Part shown: one piece after another, positions 1-10,313 of the stretch
How the letters are laid out: each line of letters starts with the position of its first letter
Position numbering within the stretch: the first letter of the stretch is position 1
Assembly: GCA_021513695.1 (NCBI GenBank)
Contig: CP084166.1
Location: 2,848,001-2,912,000, forward strand
DNA: 64,000 bases
DNA from: Candidatus Heimdallarchaeum aukensis
GTDB lineage: Archaea > Asgardarchaeota > Heimdallarchaeia > Heimdallarchaeales > Heimdallarchaeaceae
Reading direction: 5' to 3'
Notes under the pieces: generated by a model
The model's input: the letters and a program-made list of their open reading frames with translations, nothing else
What the model was told of the DNA's origin: nothing
The model's database searches: none
Translations under genes and position numbers: made by a program

Positions 1-29
1 TTATTTTATTTTTAACCATCTTTTATTTC

Positions 30-473
30 ATGATGCAAATAGTACAAACAAGTTTAACGAGTTTGATGTCAAGCAAATATTCTTTCAACTCTTTGGATGA
101 CTTATTAAAAGGAGAAAAACTTGAGAAAATAGAAGTATTCCCTTTTGCTATTTTACAGTTTGTAGAGATAGCTTTTCCACTAGCTTTATCCTATACATAC
201 ATCTTCTATCTGAATTTCAAGGATATAAGTACATTATACTTCATAATTCTTACATCAATCATTTCTGTAAATTTCTTCTTTGGAATACAAAGTAGTTTTA
301 GAGTGATATATTACTCATTGAAGAGAACAAGTTTACCACTTGGTTATAAGCGAATTGAACCAAATTTACACATATCAAGCTTCATTTCTATGCTAATTCT
401 TGTATTTAATGCAGTTTTTATAAAGGAAATAGTGATTGTGTGCCAAAGAGCAGTTTTTCTATTTCCATTTTAG
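30..473 (+). CDS. hypothetical small hydrophobic protein
   Basis: 147-aa ORF beginning near the window edge. Hydrophobic and aromatic-rich with no recognisable motifs. Could be spurious in AT-rich DNA. Confidence 0.2.
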   Translation: MMQIVQTSLTSLMSSKYSFNSLDDLLKGEKLEKIEVFPFAILQFVEIAFPLALSYTYIFYLNFKDISTLYFIILTSIISVNFFFGIQSSFRVIYYSLKRTSLPLGYKRIEPNLHISSFISMLILVFNAVFIKEIVIVCQRAVFLFPF

Positions 474-525
474 TTATTTTTGACAATAGGCAAGTTTTTT
501 TAACTACTAAAAAAAGATTTCTACA

Positions 526-1509
526 ATGTTTTCTTCCAAGACAAAATTAGATGTAGAGAAAGATATCGAAGAAATAAATAATGAACTTATCAAATTAAAA
601 GATAACGCTCCTTATGACGAAGAAATCGTAAACTTAATTAATGAGATAATTGAAACAGGAGGAAAACGAATAAGACCATTAATTACTTTATTATGTTACG
701 AAATGATCTCAAACAAGAAAAGAGATAATACTAGTTTTGCTGCTGCTTGTGCAATAGAAATAATTCATAATGCAAGTTTACTAATTGATGACATCTTTGA
801 TAAAGATATTTTTAGAAGAAAGAAAAAGTCTTTTTACCTAAAATTCTCGACATTTTCAGCAATATCTATGTCTTACTCTTTGAGTAGTTTAGCATTCGGT
901 TTGGCATTAAAAACAAAATTGTTAGAAATCGTAGAAGAATTAACAAAAGCAACCCAAAATTTAGCTATCTCTCTGTTTCTTGAACAAAAATTCAGAAATG
1001 CAAATACAAAGATGACACAAGAAGAAGCTTTGTTGCTTATAGATAGAAAAACAACTACACTATTTGAAGCAGCATCAGTAATAGGCGTGTTGTTAAACCA
1101 AGCTACACAAGAAGATAGAGAAAAGATGAAAGATTTTGGTAAATATTTTGGTAGAGCTTTTCAACTGCGAGATGACTTACTTTCAATTACTGCTACGGAA
1201 GAAGAAATAGGAAAGACAAGTGTTATAACAGATATTAAAAATAGAATACAAACATATATTGTTCTTGTAGCAATGGAACAAGCAGCTGAAGAAGACAAAA
1301 AGAAACTAGAAGAATATTATATAGAGAAAAAAGAACTTGATGTAGAAAAAATAAGGACTTTAATAAAAAGGTCGGGAGCAATAAAAACAGTCGCAAAACT
1401 AGTAAATGAGTATATAGAAAAAGCAATGTCAATATTAAAAAGCTACCCTGAATCTACTGCAAGAAATAAATTGATAGAAATAACCAGATTTTTAAGTCTA
1501 AATTTATAA
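526..1509 (+). CDS. trans-polyprenyl (geranylgeranyl) diphosphate synthase family
   Basis: First aspartate-rich motif LLIDDIFDKD and second motif FQLRDDLLS (DDxxD). GGKRIRP substrate-binding stretch. 327 aa is typical for archaeal GGPP synthases. Confidence 0.75.
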   Translation: MFSSKTKLDVEKDIEEINNELIKLKDNAPYDEEIVNLINEIIETGGKRIRPLITLLCYEMISNKKRDNTSFAAACAIEIIHNASLLIDDIFDKDIFRRKKKSFYLKFSTFSAISMSYSLSSLAFGLALKTKLLEIVEELTKATQNLAISLFLEQKFRNANTKMTQEEALLLIDRKTTTLFEAASVIGVLLNQATQEDREKMKDFGKYFGRAFQLRDDLLSITATEEEIGKTSVITDIKNRIQTYIVLVAMEQAAEEDKKKLEEYYIEKKELDVEKIRTLIKRSGAIKTVAKLVNEYIEKAMSILKSYPESTARNKLIEITRFLSLNL

Positions 1510-1608
1510 AAAGAGAAATTTAAAACTAATGATTATTTGAAAAATCTCTTCAAGATTATTAAAAAAAGAGAAAAAAGTAATTTTTAATTAATATTTGTTG
1601 ATTTTTCG

Positions 1609-2685
1609 TTAAATAATTCTAGAACCGTTTACAAACTCGTTAAACCAAATATGGGCGTTGTGCCTGTCTGTATAAACAGGAGGAGCTTTAAAACCATAAG
1701 CACAGACGGAAGAAAGAGGACCTCCAACAGCTCGGTTAATAGCTATTTTCACACCTCGAATGACATCAAATAGGGTCGCAGCTCCATTAGGTCCATCTAA
1801 TGTTTCTAAACGAATGTCAATCTTAATAGGTGTTCCAATAAATGTCTCTCCATAGATCCAAAAATGACCAATACGACGATTACCAAGAAACTCAAGATAG
1901 TCAGAAGTCCCAGAAGCAATATTGATCTGACCTTGAAAAGCGTTTTTTATTGTATTTTCTTTTACTGTACGCTTGTAAGCTTTACGGTCGTCATCTAAAG
2001 TGTTTAGAGTTTCTAATCCTCCACTAACATCTAGTTGATAAGTATCTTTAATCCTGATTCCTTGTTCTGTCAAAATTTCTAAAATACCCTTATGGAGAAC
2101 AGTGCCACCATATAGGCTTTGAAGATCGTCTCCAACTAATGGAATATTAGCTTGACGGAATTTACGAGCCCAAAGAGGGTCACTAGCAATGAAAGTGGGA
2201 GTACAGTTAACAAAAGCAATCTCTGCATCTAAAGCAGCTTGAGCATAAAATTCTACAGCTTTTTCTGCACCAGTAGGTAAAGCGCAAATTAACATCTCTG
2301 CTCCAGATTCTCTCAAACGTTGCACAACATCTACCTCAGGGGAGTCAGAAACCTCAATAACATCAGCTAAAGTACCAGTAATGCCATCTAAAACAGGACC
2401 TTTTTCAACAATTACACCAGAAGGTGAAAGTTCAAGAAACTTAGGGGTGCTGTTAATCGATGCAAAAATTGCCTCAGAAAGATCTTTACCTACTTTAGTT
2501 TTATCTACATCGAAAGCACCTACAATATGAATAGTATTCACTCCATAGTTAGCCATTGAGGGATGTAGCAAGTTATTACAAGCATCTTTGTTCTTACGTA
2601 AATATTCAATCCCTTGAACTAAACCAGATGCAATGTTACCAACACCAGCAATAGCGACATTAATACGTTTTTCCATAATAATCAC
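1609..2685 (-). CDS. myo-inositol-1-phosphate synthase family protein, divergent paralog
   Basis: N-terminal NAD-binding AIAGVGNIASGLVQG. GDDLQSLYGGT aligns to the MIPS GDD(F)KSGQT block but has K->Q. About 40% identity by eye to the adjacent paralog. Confidence 0.6.
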   Translation of the reverse strand: MIIMEKRINVAIAGVGNIASGLVQGIEYLRKNKDACNNLLHPSMANYGVNTIHIVGAFDVDKTKVGKDLSEAIFASINSTPKFLELSPSGVIVEKGPVLDGITGTLADVIEVSDSPEVDVVQRLRESGAEMLICALPTGAEKAVEFYAQAALDAEIAFVNCTPTFIASDPLWARKFRQANIPLVGDDLQSLYGGTVLHKGILEILTEQGIRIKDTYQLDVSGGLETLNTLDDDRKAYKRTVKENTIKNAFQGQINIASGTSDYLEFLGNRRIGHFWIYGETFIGTPIKIDIRLETLDGPNGAATLFDVIRGVKIAINRAVGGPLSSVCAYGFKAPPVYTDRHNAHIWFNEFVNGSRII

Positions 2686-2690
2686 CTTAA

Positions 2691-3773
2691 CTAATTAGAA
2701 ACCTCCCCTTTGATAAATTTCTCAACAAGATCATGTGCAATAGGGTCAGGAATTTGCTTGGGAGGATGTTTGAAGAAGTAACTAGAAACACTCTCTAATT
2801 TTCCACCTATCCCACGATCTTTAGCAATCTTAAGAGCTCGAACAACATCAATCATAACTCCTGCAGAATTAGGAGAATCTTGAACACTAAGTTTAAGTTG
2901 AACAGTTATTGGTTGTTCACCGAAATTCTTTCCTTTAAGCCACAAATAACAAACTTTCTCATCTTCTAGGAAAGGAACATAATCACTTGGACCAATACGA
3001 GTAGGAACTTCATAAGGAATCATACTAGTAACAGCTTCAGTTTTAGAGACACGTTTTGTTTGTAGTCGATACTCTTTTTTCATATTTTCAAAATCAGTGT
3101 TTCCTCCAACGTTCAATTGAAAAGTTTCATCGATCTTTATTCCTCGCTCATGAGCAAGACGGACAAGCATACGATGAAGAATAGTTGCACCTAATTGAGA
3201 TTTTATGTCATCTCCCGCTACTGGTACGCCTTTTTCTGCAAATTTTGCAGCCCATTCTTCATTACTTGCTATAAAAGCAGGAATACCATTAGCAAAGGCA
3301 ACGTTTGCATCAAGTGCTGCTTGAGCATATATTTTTGTAGCTTCTTCAGAACCAACAGGTAAGAAATTTATTAATACATCTGTTTTAGTTTCTTTCAAAA
3401 CTTTAGCTACATCTACAGGTTTAATTTCGTTCTCATCATAACAATAGAATGATTCTCTCATGTGTGGGGCTACACCATCAGAAATGGGGCCAGGCAATAC
3501 AGTTACTCCCTTGTGTGGTACGTCAGCAAACTTATTGCACACGTTGGGTGGTTGCCAAATTGCTTCAGAAATATCTTTCCCTATTTTCATTTTATTAACT
3601 TCGAACGCTGCTACCACTTCTACATCTCTAATGTGATAAGGTCCGAACTTTACGTGCATGATTCCAGGAACAAAATCATCTTCTTTGGCATTTTTGTAAT
3701 ATTCTAATCCTTGAATTAGCGCTGAAGCGCAATTTCCTAGTCCAGCAATCGCAATTCTTACTTTTTCTGTCAT
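2691..3773 (-). CDS. myo-inositol-1-phosphate synthase (archaeal type)
   Basis: IAIAGLGNCASALIQG Rossmann start. AGDDIKSQLGAT...NVGGNTDFENM matches the eukaryotic/archaeal MIPS GDDFKSGQT...NHLGNNDG catalytic block. 360 aa. Confidence 0.75.
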   Translation of the reverse strand: MTEKVRIAIAGLGNCASALIQGLEYYKNAKEDDFVPGIMHVKFGPYHIRDVEVVAAFEVNKMKIGKDISEAIWQPPNVCNKFADVPHKGVTVLPGPISDGVAPHMRESFYCYDENEIKPVDVAKVLKETKTDVLINFLPVGSEEATKIYAQAALDANVAFANGIPAFIASNEEWAAKFAEKGVPVAGDDIKSQLGATILHRMLVRLAHERGIKIDETFQLNVGGNTDFENMKKEYRLQTKRVSKTEAVTSMIPYEVPTRIGPSDYVPFLEDEKVCYLWLKGKNFGEQPITVQLKLSVQDSPNSAGVMIDVVRALKIAKDRGIGGKLESVSSYFFKHPPKQIPDPIAHDLVEKFIKGEVSN

Positions 3774-4052
3774 TTAATGTCTTCTCCTTTTTCGAGAATA
3801 ATTTTTAATTTTACTACTTCTTTGTTTTAAAAACTGTATATAAAGTTTTATCAAGTTGATAATTATAGTTTACAAGTAGTTGTTAGTTATGTTTTTTTAT
3901 AAATTAAAATGAAAATGAAGAAAAAATGAAAAGTCAATTCTTATTTGATTTTATTCATCCAAATTTAATTTTTAATAACTATATTCTTTAAAATTTTTTA
4001 AAAAAATGGAAAAAGAAAAACCTTTTTTACGTTAAGCATTTTTTTTAAACAG

Positions 4053-5852
4053 ATGGCTTGGTTAGAACAAAAAAGAAAGAGAAAACATTCATTTAAGGAA
4101 ATAATGAGTCTTTTGCTTCCTTATTTATCAAGAAAGAAGCTAGGGCTAATATTTGTTAGTGTGATCTCTTTTCTATCTGCAATAGTAGGTCTTGTTACCC
4201 CCCAGTTAATAAAGTACATCATCGATATAGCCATTCCAAGTAATAACGTTAAGCTTGTTTATTTATTAGGTGGAGCGGTTCTCTTAACAGCAATTGTTAC
4301 AGGTTTGTTAGTCTATGCTACACGTTTTTATTCTGCATTATACGCTCAACAAATAGTTATGGAATTGAGAAACGATATTTATGAAACTTTACAGATGTTA
4401 CATCTGGATTACTATAACGAAGAAAACACTGGTCAAATAATGACTAGAGTTACAACGGATTTAAATGCAATTCAAAGTTTAGTTTCTTTTACTCTTCGCC
4501 TACTTATGAATGGCGTAATTTTCTTCATTGGTGCTTATGCAGCTATGATTTCCATGAATGCAAAACTTGGAGGAATATTGTTAGGACTCTTTCCAGGTTT
4601 CTTATGGTTAGTTTATTGGTTTAGTAAAAAAGTTCGTCCTATTTTTTATCAATCTCGAACAAAATTTGGTGAAGTAACATCCATTTTACAAGAAAATGTC
4701 ACAGGAGCTCATGTAGTTAGAGGTTTTGCTCAAGAAGAGAGTGAAATTGAGAAATTTGATAAAGCTAATGCAGAATATAGAGATTTAATAGTTAAAGCTC
4801 GAATCTACCGTTCATTTTATTTCTCCTTTATGCTCTTTCTAATAGGTTTAGGAGCTTCAATTGTTTTACTAGTTGGTGGATTAGCAGTTATGAGAGGAGA
4901 GATGGGAAGAGGAGAATTTATAGCATTTATATCCTATTTAGCAATGCTATCAGGTCCAACAAGACAACTAACTTGGTTGGTAGGAATAATTCAGCGAGCT
5001 TTGGCAAGTGGAGATAGAATAATTGAATTGTTATCTGGTAAGAAAGAAGTACAAGAAGATCCTAATGCCATTGATCCACCTGTTTTTAAAGGTAAAATAG
5101 AATATGAAAACGTTTCTTTTGGTTATGATGAGGTTGTGGTGCTAAAGAATATTAATGTAGTTATTCCACCAGGTCAAAAAGTCTTGATACTAGGTGGAAC
5201 AGGCTCAGGAAAAACTAGTTTTGTAAACCTTATTCCTCGTTTCTATGACCCAGTTACTGGAGTAGTAAAAATAGATGATATTGATATTAAACGCTATAAA
5301 TTGAAGAAAATGAGAAAGCAAATAGGTTTTGTTCTCCAAGAAACCTTTCTATTTAATGCGACAATAAAAGAAAATATAGCTTTTGGGAACCCTGAAGCAA
5401 CAGAAGAAGAAATAATAGCAGCAGCTAAAACAGCAAAAATACACGATTTCATTTCAGAATTGCCTGATGGTTATCAAACAAGAATAGGTGATAGAGGAAT
5501 TACTTTAAGTGGAGGGCAAAAACAAAGATTGTCTATTGCTAGAACTCTTTTAACTAATCCATCTATTCTAATATTTGATGATTCTACAGCTTCTGTCGAT
5601 GCAGAAACAGAGTATCACATTCAAGAAGCTTTAGATATATTAAGCAGAGGTAGAACAACAATTATCATCTCACAGAGGATTTCTTCAGTGAAATACGCTG
5701 ATAGAATACTAGTTTTTGATCAAGGAGAAATAATACAAGATGGAACACATGAAGAACTTATTAAACAAGAAGGAATTTACAAAGAAATATATGAAACACT
5801 TGCAGAAAGCTACGTTATTCCTTCAAAACTTTTAGCAGAAGGGGGAGATTAA
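4053..5852 (+). CDS. ABC exporter permease/ATPase subunit with degenerate Walker B and H-loop
   Basis: Six-TM N-terminal domain. Walker A GGTGSGKTS, canonical signature LSGGQKQRLSIAR. Walker B ILIFDDSTASVD has the catalytic E replaced by D. H-loop is ISQRIS, with H replaced by Q. Confidence 0.85.
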   Translation: MAWLEQKRKRKHSFKEIMSLLLPYLSRKKLGLIFVSVISFLSAIVGLVTPQLIKYIIDIAIPSNNVKLVYLLGGAVLLTAIVTGLLVYATRFYSALYAQQIVMELRNDIYETLQMLHLDYYNEENTGQIMTRVTTDLNAIQSLVSFTLRLLMNGVIFFIGAYAAMISMNAKLGGILLGLFPGFLWLVYWFSKKVRPIFYQSRTKFGEVTSILQENVTGAHVVRGFAQEESEIEKFDKANAEYRDLIVKARIYRSFYFSFMLFLIGLGASIVLLVGGLAVMRGEMGRGEFIAFISYLAMLSGPTRQLTWLVGIIQRALASGDRIIELLSGKKEVQEDPNAIDPPVFKGKIEYENVSFGYDEVVVLKNINVVIPPGQKVLILGGTGSGKTSFVNLIPRFYDPVTGVVKIDDIDIKRYKLKKMRKQIGFVLQETFLFNATIKENIAFGNPEATEEEIIAAAKTAKIHDFISELPDGYQTRIGDRGITLSGGQKQRLSIARTLLTNPSILIFDDSTASVDAETEYHIQEALDILSRGRTTIIISQRISSVKYADRILVFDQGEIIQDGTHEELIKQEGIYKEIYETLAESYVIPSKLLAEGGD

Positions 5853-7682
5853 ATGGGTTGGGCAGTAAGAAGACTAGCACGAGAAGAAGAAGAAAGAAAG
5901 AAAATATATTCTGACAGAGAACTTTTTGTTAAGGTAATCAAAATTTTTGGCTACTATAAAGCAGAAACATTTTCAGTTATTGCTATCATAATCACAGTTT
6001 CTGTCTTTTCTTCTCTAATCCCTATAATCATGCAAAGAGCGATAGATTCATTCATCTATGTAGGAATATCTACAGAAAGAACTAAAGGCATTATAATTAT
6101 GGCTTCTATCTACCTTACTTTCATATTGATGAATGCAGCTTTAATATTTATTCGAACTGTATTTTTCTCAAAGCTAGGTCAAAAAATAATCTATAGACTA
6201 CGAACTGAATTATTTAGAAAACTTCAGTATCTATCCTTCAGTTATTTTACAGAAACAGAATCAGGAAGAACAATCTCTAAAGTTACAAATGATGTAGATG
6301 CACTAGGAGAACTGTTGACTACAGGATTAATAGATATCTTTGCTGATTTTTTCAGTTTAATTTGGATAGTAGCGATAATGTTTAGCTACGACATAAAAAT
6401 GACTTTACTCACTTTTACTGTTATACCTATTCTTATTTTTGTAATATTAATGTTCCAACGTAAAGTGAGAGTAGCATATAGAAAAACTAGAGTGGCTATA
6501 GCCAAAGTTACAGCTAATCTACAAGAAAGTATAAGTGGAGTAAAAGTGACAAAGGCATTATCAAGAGAAGAGGAAAATATATCCACATTTAAGAGCATTA
6601 ACCAAGAAAATTATAAGGCAAATGTAGAAGCAGCAGGAGTTTCAGCATTATTTATGCCACTTATACAATTTATCTCAGCTATAGGAACAACCATAATACT
6701 CATCTTTGGTGGAATTTCAATCATTAAATTTGGGACAATAACCATCGGAGAACTTTATGCATTCTTAGAATATTCAAATAGGTTCTTTATGCCAATAATC
6801 AGTTTATTCACCTTCTATACAGTAATTCAATCAGGATTTGCAGCAGCAGAAAGAATATTCGAAGTTTTGGATGAAGAATATACTGTAAAAAACAGTGAAA
6901 ATCCAATTATCCCAGAAAAAATTGAAGGAAGAATAGAGTTTAGAAATGTTCACTTTTCTTATACTCCTGATGTTCCAATACTTAAAAACATAAACTTGGT
7001 AATTGAAAAAGGAGAAAGTGTAGCTCTTGTAGGTGAAACAGGAGCAGGAAAAACAACAATGACTAAACTCCTTTCACGTTATTATGATGTAATTGAAGGA
7101 GAGTTATTAATCGATGGAATAAATATTAAAGATATAGAACTCTCTTTCTTAAGAAAAAATATAGCTGTTGTTCCTCAAGATGTCTTTCTTTTCTCAGGAA
7201 CAATAATGGATAATTTGAAGTATGGAAAGAAAGAAGCAACAGATGAAGAAGTGTATAGAATTTGTAAAACTTTAAGTTTACATAAATACATTCTCAATCT
7301 TCCAGAAGGTTATGAAACAGATGTAAAAGAAGGAGGATCAAGGTTATCTCTAGGACAAAGACAGTTAATCTCACTAGCTCGAGCTTTAATCGCTGATCCT
7401 AAAATACTTATTTTAGATGAATGTAGTAGTTCAGTTGATCCCATTACTGAAGCGCTAATCCAAAAAGGAATAGACATCTTACTTAGAAATAGAACCTCGA
7501 TAATCATAGCTCACAGATTAAGTACAATAAAAAATGCTTCAAAGATAGTGGTTCTTGATCATGGAGAGATAATAGAACAAGGAACACATCAAGAATTACT
7601 TAAGAAAATGGGTAAATATTACTCTCTCTATGAAACACAACTAACAGCGAATACAATAGTAACTGAGGAAAGCAAGAAGTAG
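5853..7682 (+). CDS. ABC exporter permease/ATPase subunit with canonical Walker B and degenerate signature
   Basis: Start codon directly abuts the stop of the upstream subunit. Walker A GETGAGKTT, Walker B ILILDECSSSVD, H-loop IAHRLS. Signature is LSLGQRQ instead of LSGGQ. Confidence 0.85.
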   Translation: MGWAVRRLAREEEERKKIYSDRELFVKVIKIFGYYKAETFSVIAIIITVSVFSSLIPIIMQRAIDSFIYVGISTERTKGIIIMASIYLTFILMNAALIFIRTVFFSKLGQKIIYRLRTELFRKLQYLSFSYFTETESGRTISKVTNDVDALGELLTTGLIDIFADFFSLIWIVAIMFSYDIKMTLLTFTVIPILIFVILMFQRKVRVAYRKTRVAIAKVTANLQESISGVKVTKALSREEENISTFKSINQENYKANVEAAGVSALFMPLIQFISAIGTTIILIFGGISIIKFGTITIGELYAFLEYSNRFFMPIISLFTFYTVIQSGFAAAERIFEVLDEEYTVKNSENPIIPEKIEGRIEFRNVHFSYTPDVPILKNINLVIEKGESVALVGETGAGKTTMTKLLSRYYDVIEGELLIDGINIKDIELSFLRKNIAVVPQDVFLFSGTIMDNLKYGKKEATDEEVYRICKTLSLHKYILNLPEGYETDVKEGGSRLSLGQRQLISLARALIADPKILILDECSSSVDPITEALIQKGIDILLRNRTSIIIAHRLSTIKNASKIVVLDHGEIIEQGTHQELLKKMGKYYSLYETQLTANTIVTEESKK

Positions 7683-7752
7683 AATAATCTTTGAATGAAA
7701 CAACAACTCCATTTCAAAATCTTTTTTATAAGTTAATTTTTTACCTTCTTGT

Positions 7753-9609
7753 ATGAAACTTAAAGAGCTTATTGCTAATGAAGAAAAAAGAGCTCTGTGT
7801 TTAGGAAATGAAGCCATCGCTCGAGGAGCAATAGAAGCGGGAGTACAAGTTTTTGCAGCTTATCCTGGTACTCCTTCTTCAGAAGTAAGTATGGCTTTAA
7901 ACGCAGCAGCTCCTGAATTAGGTTTTTACGCTGAATGGAGTGCAAATGAAAAAGTAGCTATGGAAATTGCTTATGCTGCTTCAATTAGTGGAAAAAGAGC
8001 TATGACTGCATGTAAACATGTAGGGTTAAATGTTGCTGCTGATGTTTTCTATTCTTTCATGTACATGGGTTGTAAAGCAGGTTTTGTAACTGTTGTGGGA
8101 GATGACCCTCATTGCTTTAGCAGTCAAAATGAACAAGATTCAAGATGGTTAGGTGTATCTGCTAATTTTGTAATAGTAGAACCATCAGATCCTCATGAAG
8201 CGAAAGAATTCACTAAAAGGGCATTTGATATAAGTGAAAAGTTCGGTGTTCCTATACTCTTAAGATCAACAACAAGAATATCTCACGCTCGAGCAGATGT
8301 GAAATTTGAGAAATATGATGTAGATTTTACTTACAACGATGGAACGTTTGAGAAAACAAGGCAATTTGTTTGTCTTCCTGCTTTAGCAAGAGCCAACCAT
8401 CCAAAACTAGTACAAAAAATGAAAGAAATAGCAGAATGGATACCAGAAAGTGGTTTAACAAAAATCGAAGGACCAGAAGAGCACGAGTATGGTATAATAA
8501 CTTCTGGCATATCTTATGCTTATGTAAAAGATGCTCTTCGCAATCTAGGTGTAGACTTGCCTATTTTGAAATTGGGAATGGTCTCTCCACTCGATGAAAA
8601 ATCGATTTTAGAATTTGCTAAAACTAAAAAGCAAATAATTTTCATTGAAGAGGTTGACCCCTATTTAGAAGATAGAATTTCTGCTTTATTTATGAAAAAT
8701 GGGTTACAAGTAAAAGTTCATGGAAAATATAACGGAATAACAAAATATTATCATGAGTTAAATTCTTATCTTGTAGCTCATGCTATCGCTAAAGTAATTG
8801 GAATAGAAACTGAAAATGTTGATAAAATACAACAAGCTGTAGAAGAAACAAAAGAATATGTTCCTATTAGACCACCTTTATTCTGTGCTGGATGTCAACA
8901 TCGAGCTACTTTTTATGAATTGTTGAAAGAAGTAAAGAAAAATAACGCTATTTTTGCTTCAGATATAGGTTGTTATTCTATGGATCCTTGGGTAACAGAC
9001 ACCATAGTATGTATGGGTGCATCAATAGGTATGGGTAACGGTTTTTCTAGAGTTATAACAGATAAACCTGTATTTGCAATTATAGGCGATTCTACTTTCT
9101 TTCACACTGGTCTACCGGCTCTAGCAAACGCAGTTTACAATAATGCAAATCTGAATGTACTAGTTTTAGATAATAGAATGACGGCAATGACAGGATTTCA
9201 ACCAAATCCAACAGAGAGTATACCAATAGAAAATGTTGCAAAAGGAATGGGAATTGACTATGTTGTAGAATTCGACCCATATGACTTTGAGAACTCGAAA
9301 AAAGTAATAAGAGAGGCAATAGAACATGAAGGTCCAACTGTTCTTATAATGAGAAAAATATGCGCAAATGAATGGTGGAGACAAACAAGAAGAAAAGGAA
9401 TAAAAATAGAAACATACGAAATCGACCCTGAATTGTGTACAGCTTGTGGAATATGTTTAGTGCAATATCAATGCCCAGCAATTTCATGGAGTCTCGATAC
9501 CAATTCAAAAGGAAAGAGATACGCAGTAATAGATCCTTCAATGTGTACAGGTTGCAGTGTTTGCTCTCAAATCTGTCCATCCGGAGCAATTTCCAAAAGA
9601 AAGGAGTAA
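7753..9609 (+). CDS. iorA: indolepyruvate:ferredoxin oxidoreductase alpha subunit
   Basis: 618 aa. TPP-binding GDSTFFHTG. C-terminal two 4Fe-4S motifs: CTACGICLVQYQCP and CTGCSVCSQICP. Followed by a gamma-like beta subunit. Confidence 0.8.
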   Translation: MKLKELIANEEKRALCLGNEAIARGAIEAGVQVFAAYPGTPSSEVSMALNAAAPELGFYAEWSANEKVAMEIAYAASISGKRAMTACKHVGLNVAADVFYSFMYMGCKAGFVTVVGDDPHCFSSQNEQDSRWLGVSANFVIVEPSDPHEAKEFTKRAFDISEKFGVPILLRSTTRISHARADVKFEKYDVDFTYNDGTFEKTRQFVCLPALARANHPKLVQKMKEIAEWIPESGLTKIEGPEEHEYGIITSGISYAYVKDALRNLGVDLPILKLGMVSPLDEKSILEFAKTKKQIIFIEEVDPYLEDRISALFMKNGLQVKVHGKYNGITKYYHELNSYLVAHAIAKVIGIETENVDKIQQAVEETKEYVPIRPPLFCAGCQHRATFYELLKEVKKNNAIFASDIGCYSMDPWVTDTIVCMGASIGMGNGFSRVITDKPVFAIIGDSTFFHTGLPALANAVYNNANLNVLVLDNRMTAMTGFQPNPTESIPIENVAKGMGIDYVVEFDPYDFENSKKVIREAIEHEGPTVLIMRKICANEWWRQTRRKGIKIETYEIDPELCTACGICLVQYQCPAISWSLDTNSKGKRYAVIDPSMCTGCSVCSQICPSGAISKRKE

Positions 9610-10218
9610 GTGATGAAAATGACAAAAGAATACAGTATGGTAATTGTTGGTGTGGGAGGACAAGGAATCCTCACTATTTCAGACATTATTTCAATAGCTA
9701 CAAGAAAGAAAGGATGGCATATACTAGGTTCTGAAGTACATGGGATGGCTCAAAAAGGAGGTTCAGTAATAACAAACTTGAAAATAGGTGAAGAACTCTA
9801 TTCTCCAACTATTCCTATAGGAGGGGCAGAACTACTAGTAGGATTAGAACAAAATGAAACTTTAAGGTATATCCAATACCTTAAACCAGGAGGAAAAGTG
9901 ATTTCAGCCAAAACTGTTCTTTACCCTGTAGGTTGGAAGAAAAACAAGAAAGCAGCTGATGAAGCTAGAGAAAAAATAGCAGAGAATCTAGCTAAATTCG
10001 ATGCAAAAGTGATAATGATTGATTCAGAAAAGTTAGCTCTAGAAGCAGGGTTGGCTTTAGCCCAAAACATAGTTATGCTAGGAGCTCTATCACAAGTAGA
10101 AGGATTTCCCTTAACTGAAGACGAGTTAAGAGAAGCTCTAAAAGAAAGAGTTCCACCAAAATATCTAGAACCAAACCTAAAAGCTTTTGAGCTTGGTATT
10201 CAAAGTATGAAATCTTAA
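9610..10218 (+). CDS. iorB: indolepyruvate:ferredoxin oxidoreductase beta subunit
   Basis: 202 aa. MVIVGVGGQGILT pyruvate/ketoisovalerate oxidoreductase gamma-type fold start. AAGGAG Shine-Dalgarno at 9601-9606. Overlaps or abuts the iorA stop. Confidence 0.75.
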   Translation: MMKMTKEYSMVIVGVGGQGILTISDIISIATRKKGWHILGSEVHGMAQKGGSVITNLKIGEELYSPTIPIGGAELLVGLEQNETLRYIQYLKPGGKVISAKTVLYPVGWKKNKKAADEAREKIAENLAKFDAKVIMIDSEKLALEAGLALAQNIVMLGALSQVEGFPLTEDELREALKERVPPKYLEPNLKAFELGIQSMKS

Positions 10219-10313
10219 ATTCTTTTTTTCTTTTAAATTTTTCAATTTTATAATTAATCTAAAAAAATGTAATAAAAAATTGAAGTAAAAGAAAGAGAAA
10301 AATTGTTGTCAGT

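Noticed and set aside
1235-1432. Short antisense and overlapping ORFs inside larger genes. Examples: 1235-1432, 3462-3707, 6386-6598, 7310-7507, 8370-8597, 9092-9625, 14753-14968, 37772-38023, 60566-60796.
   Set aside because: All are embedded in well-supported longer CDSs on the opposite strand or in another frame. Their products are low-complexity Leu/Phe/Ser-rich, as expected from random ORFs in ~30% GC DNA.
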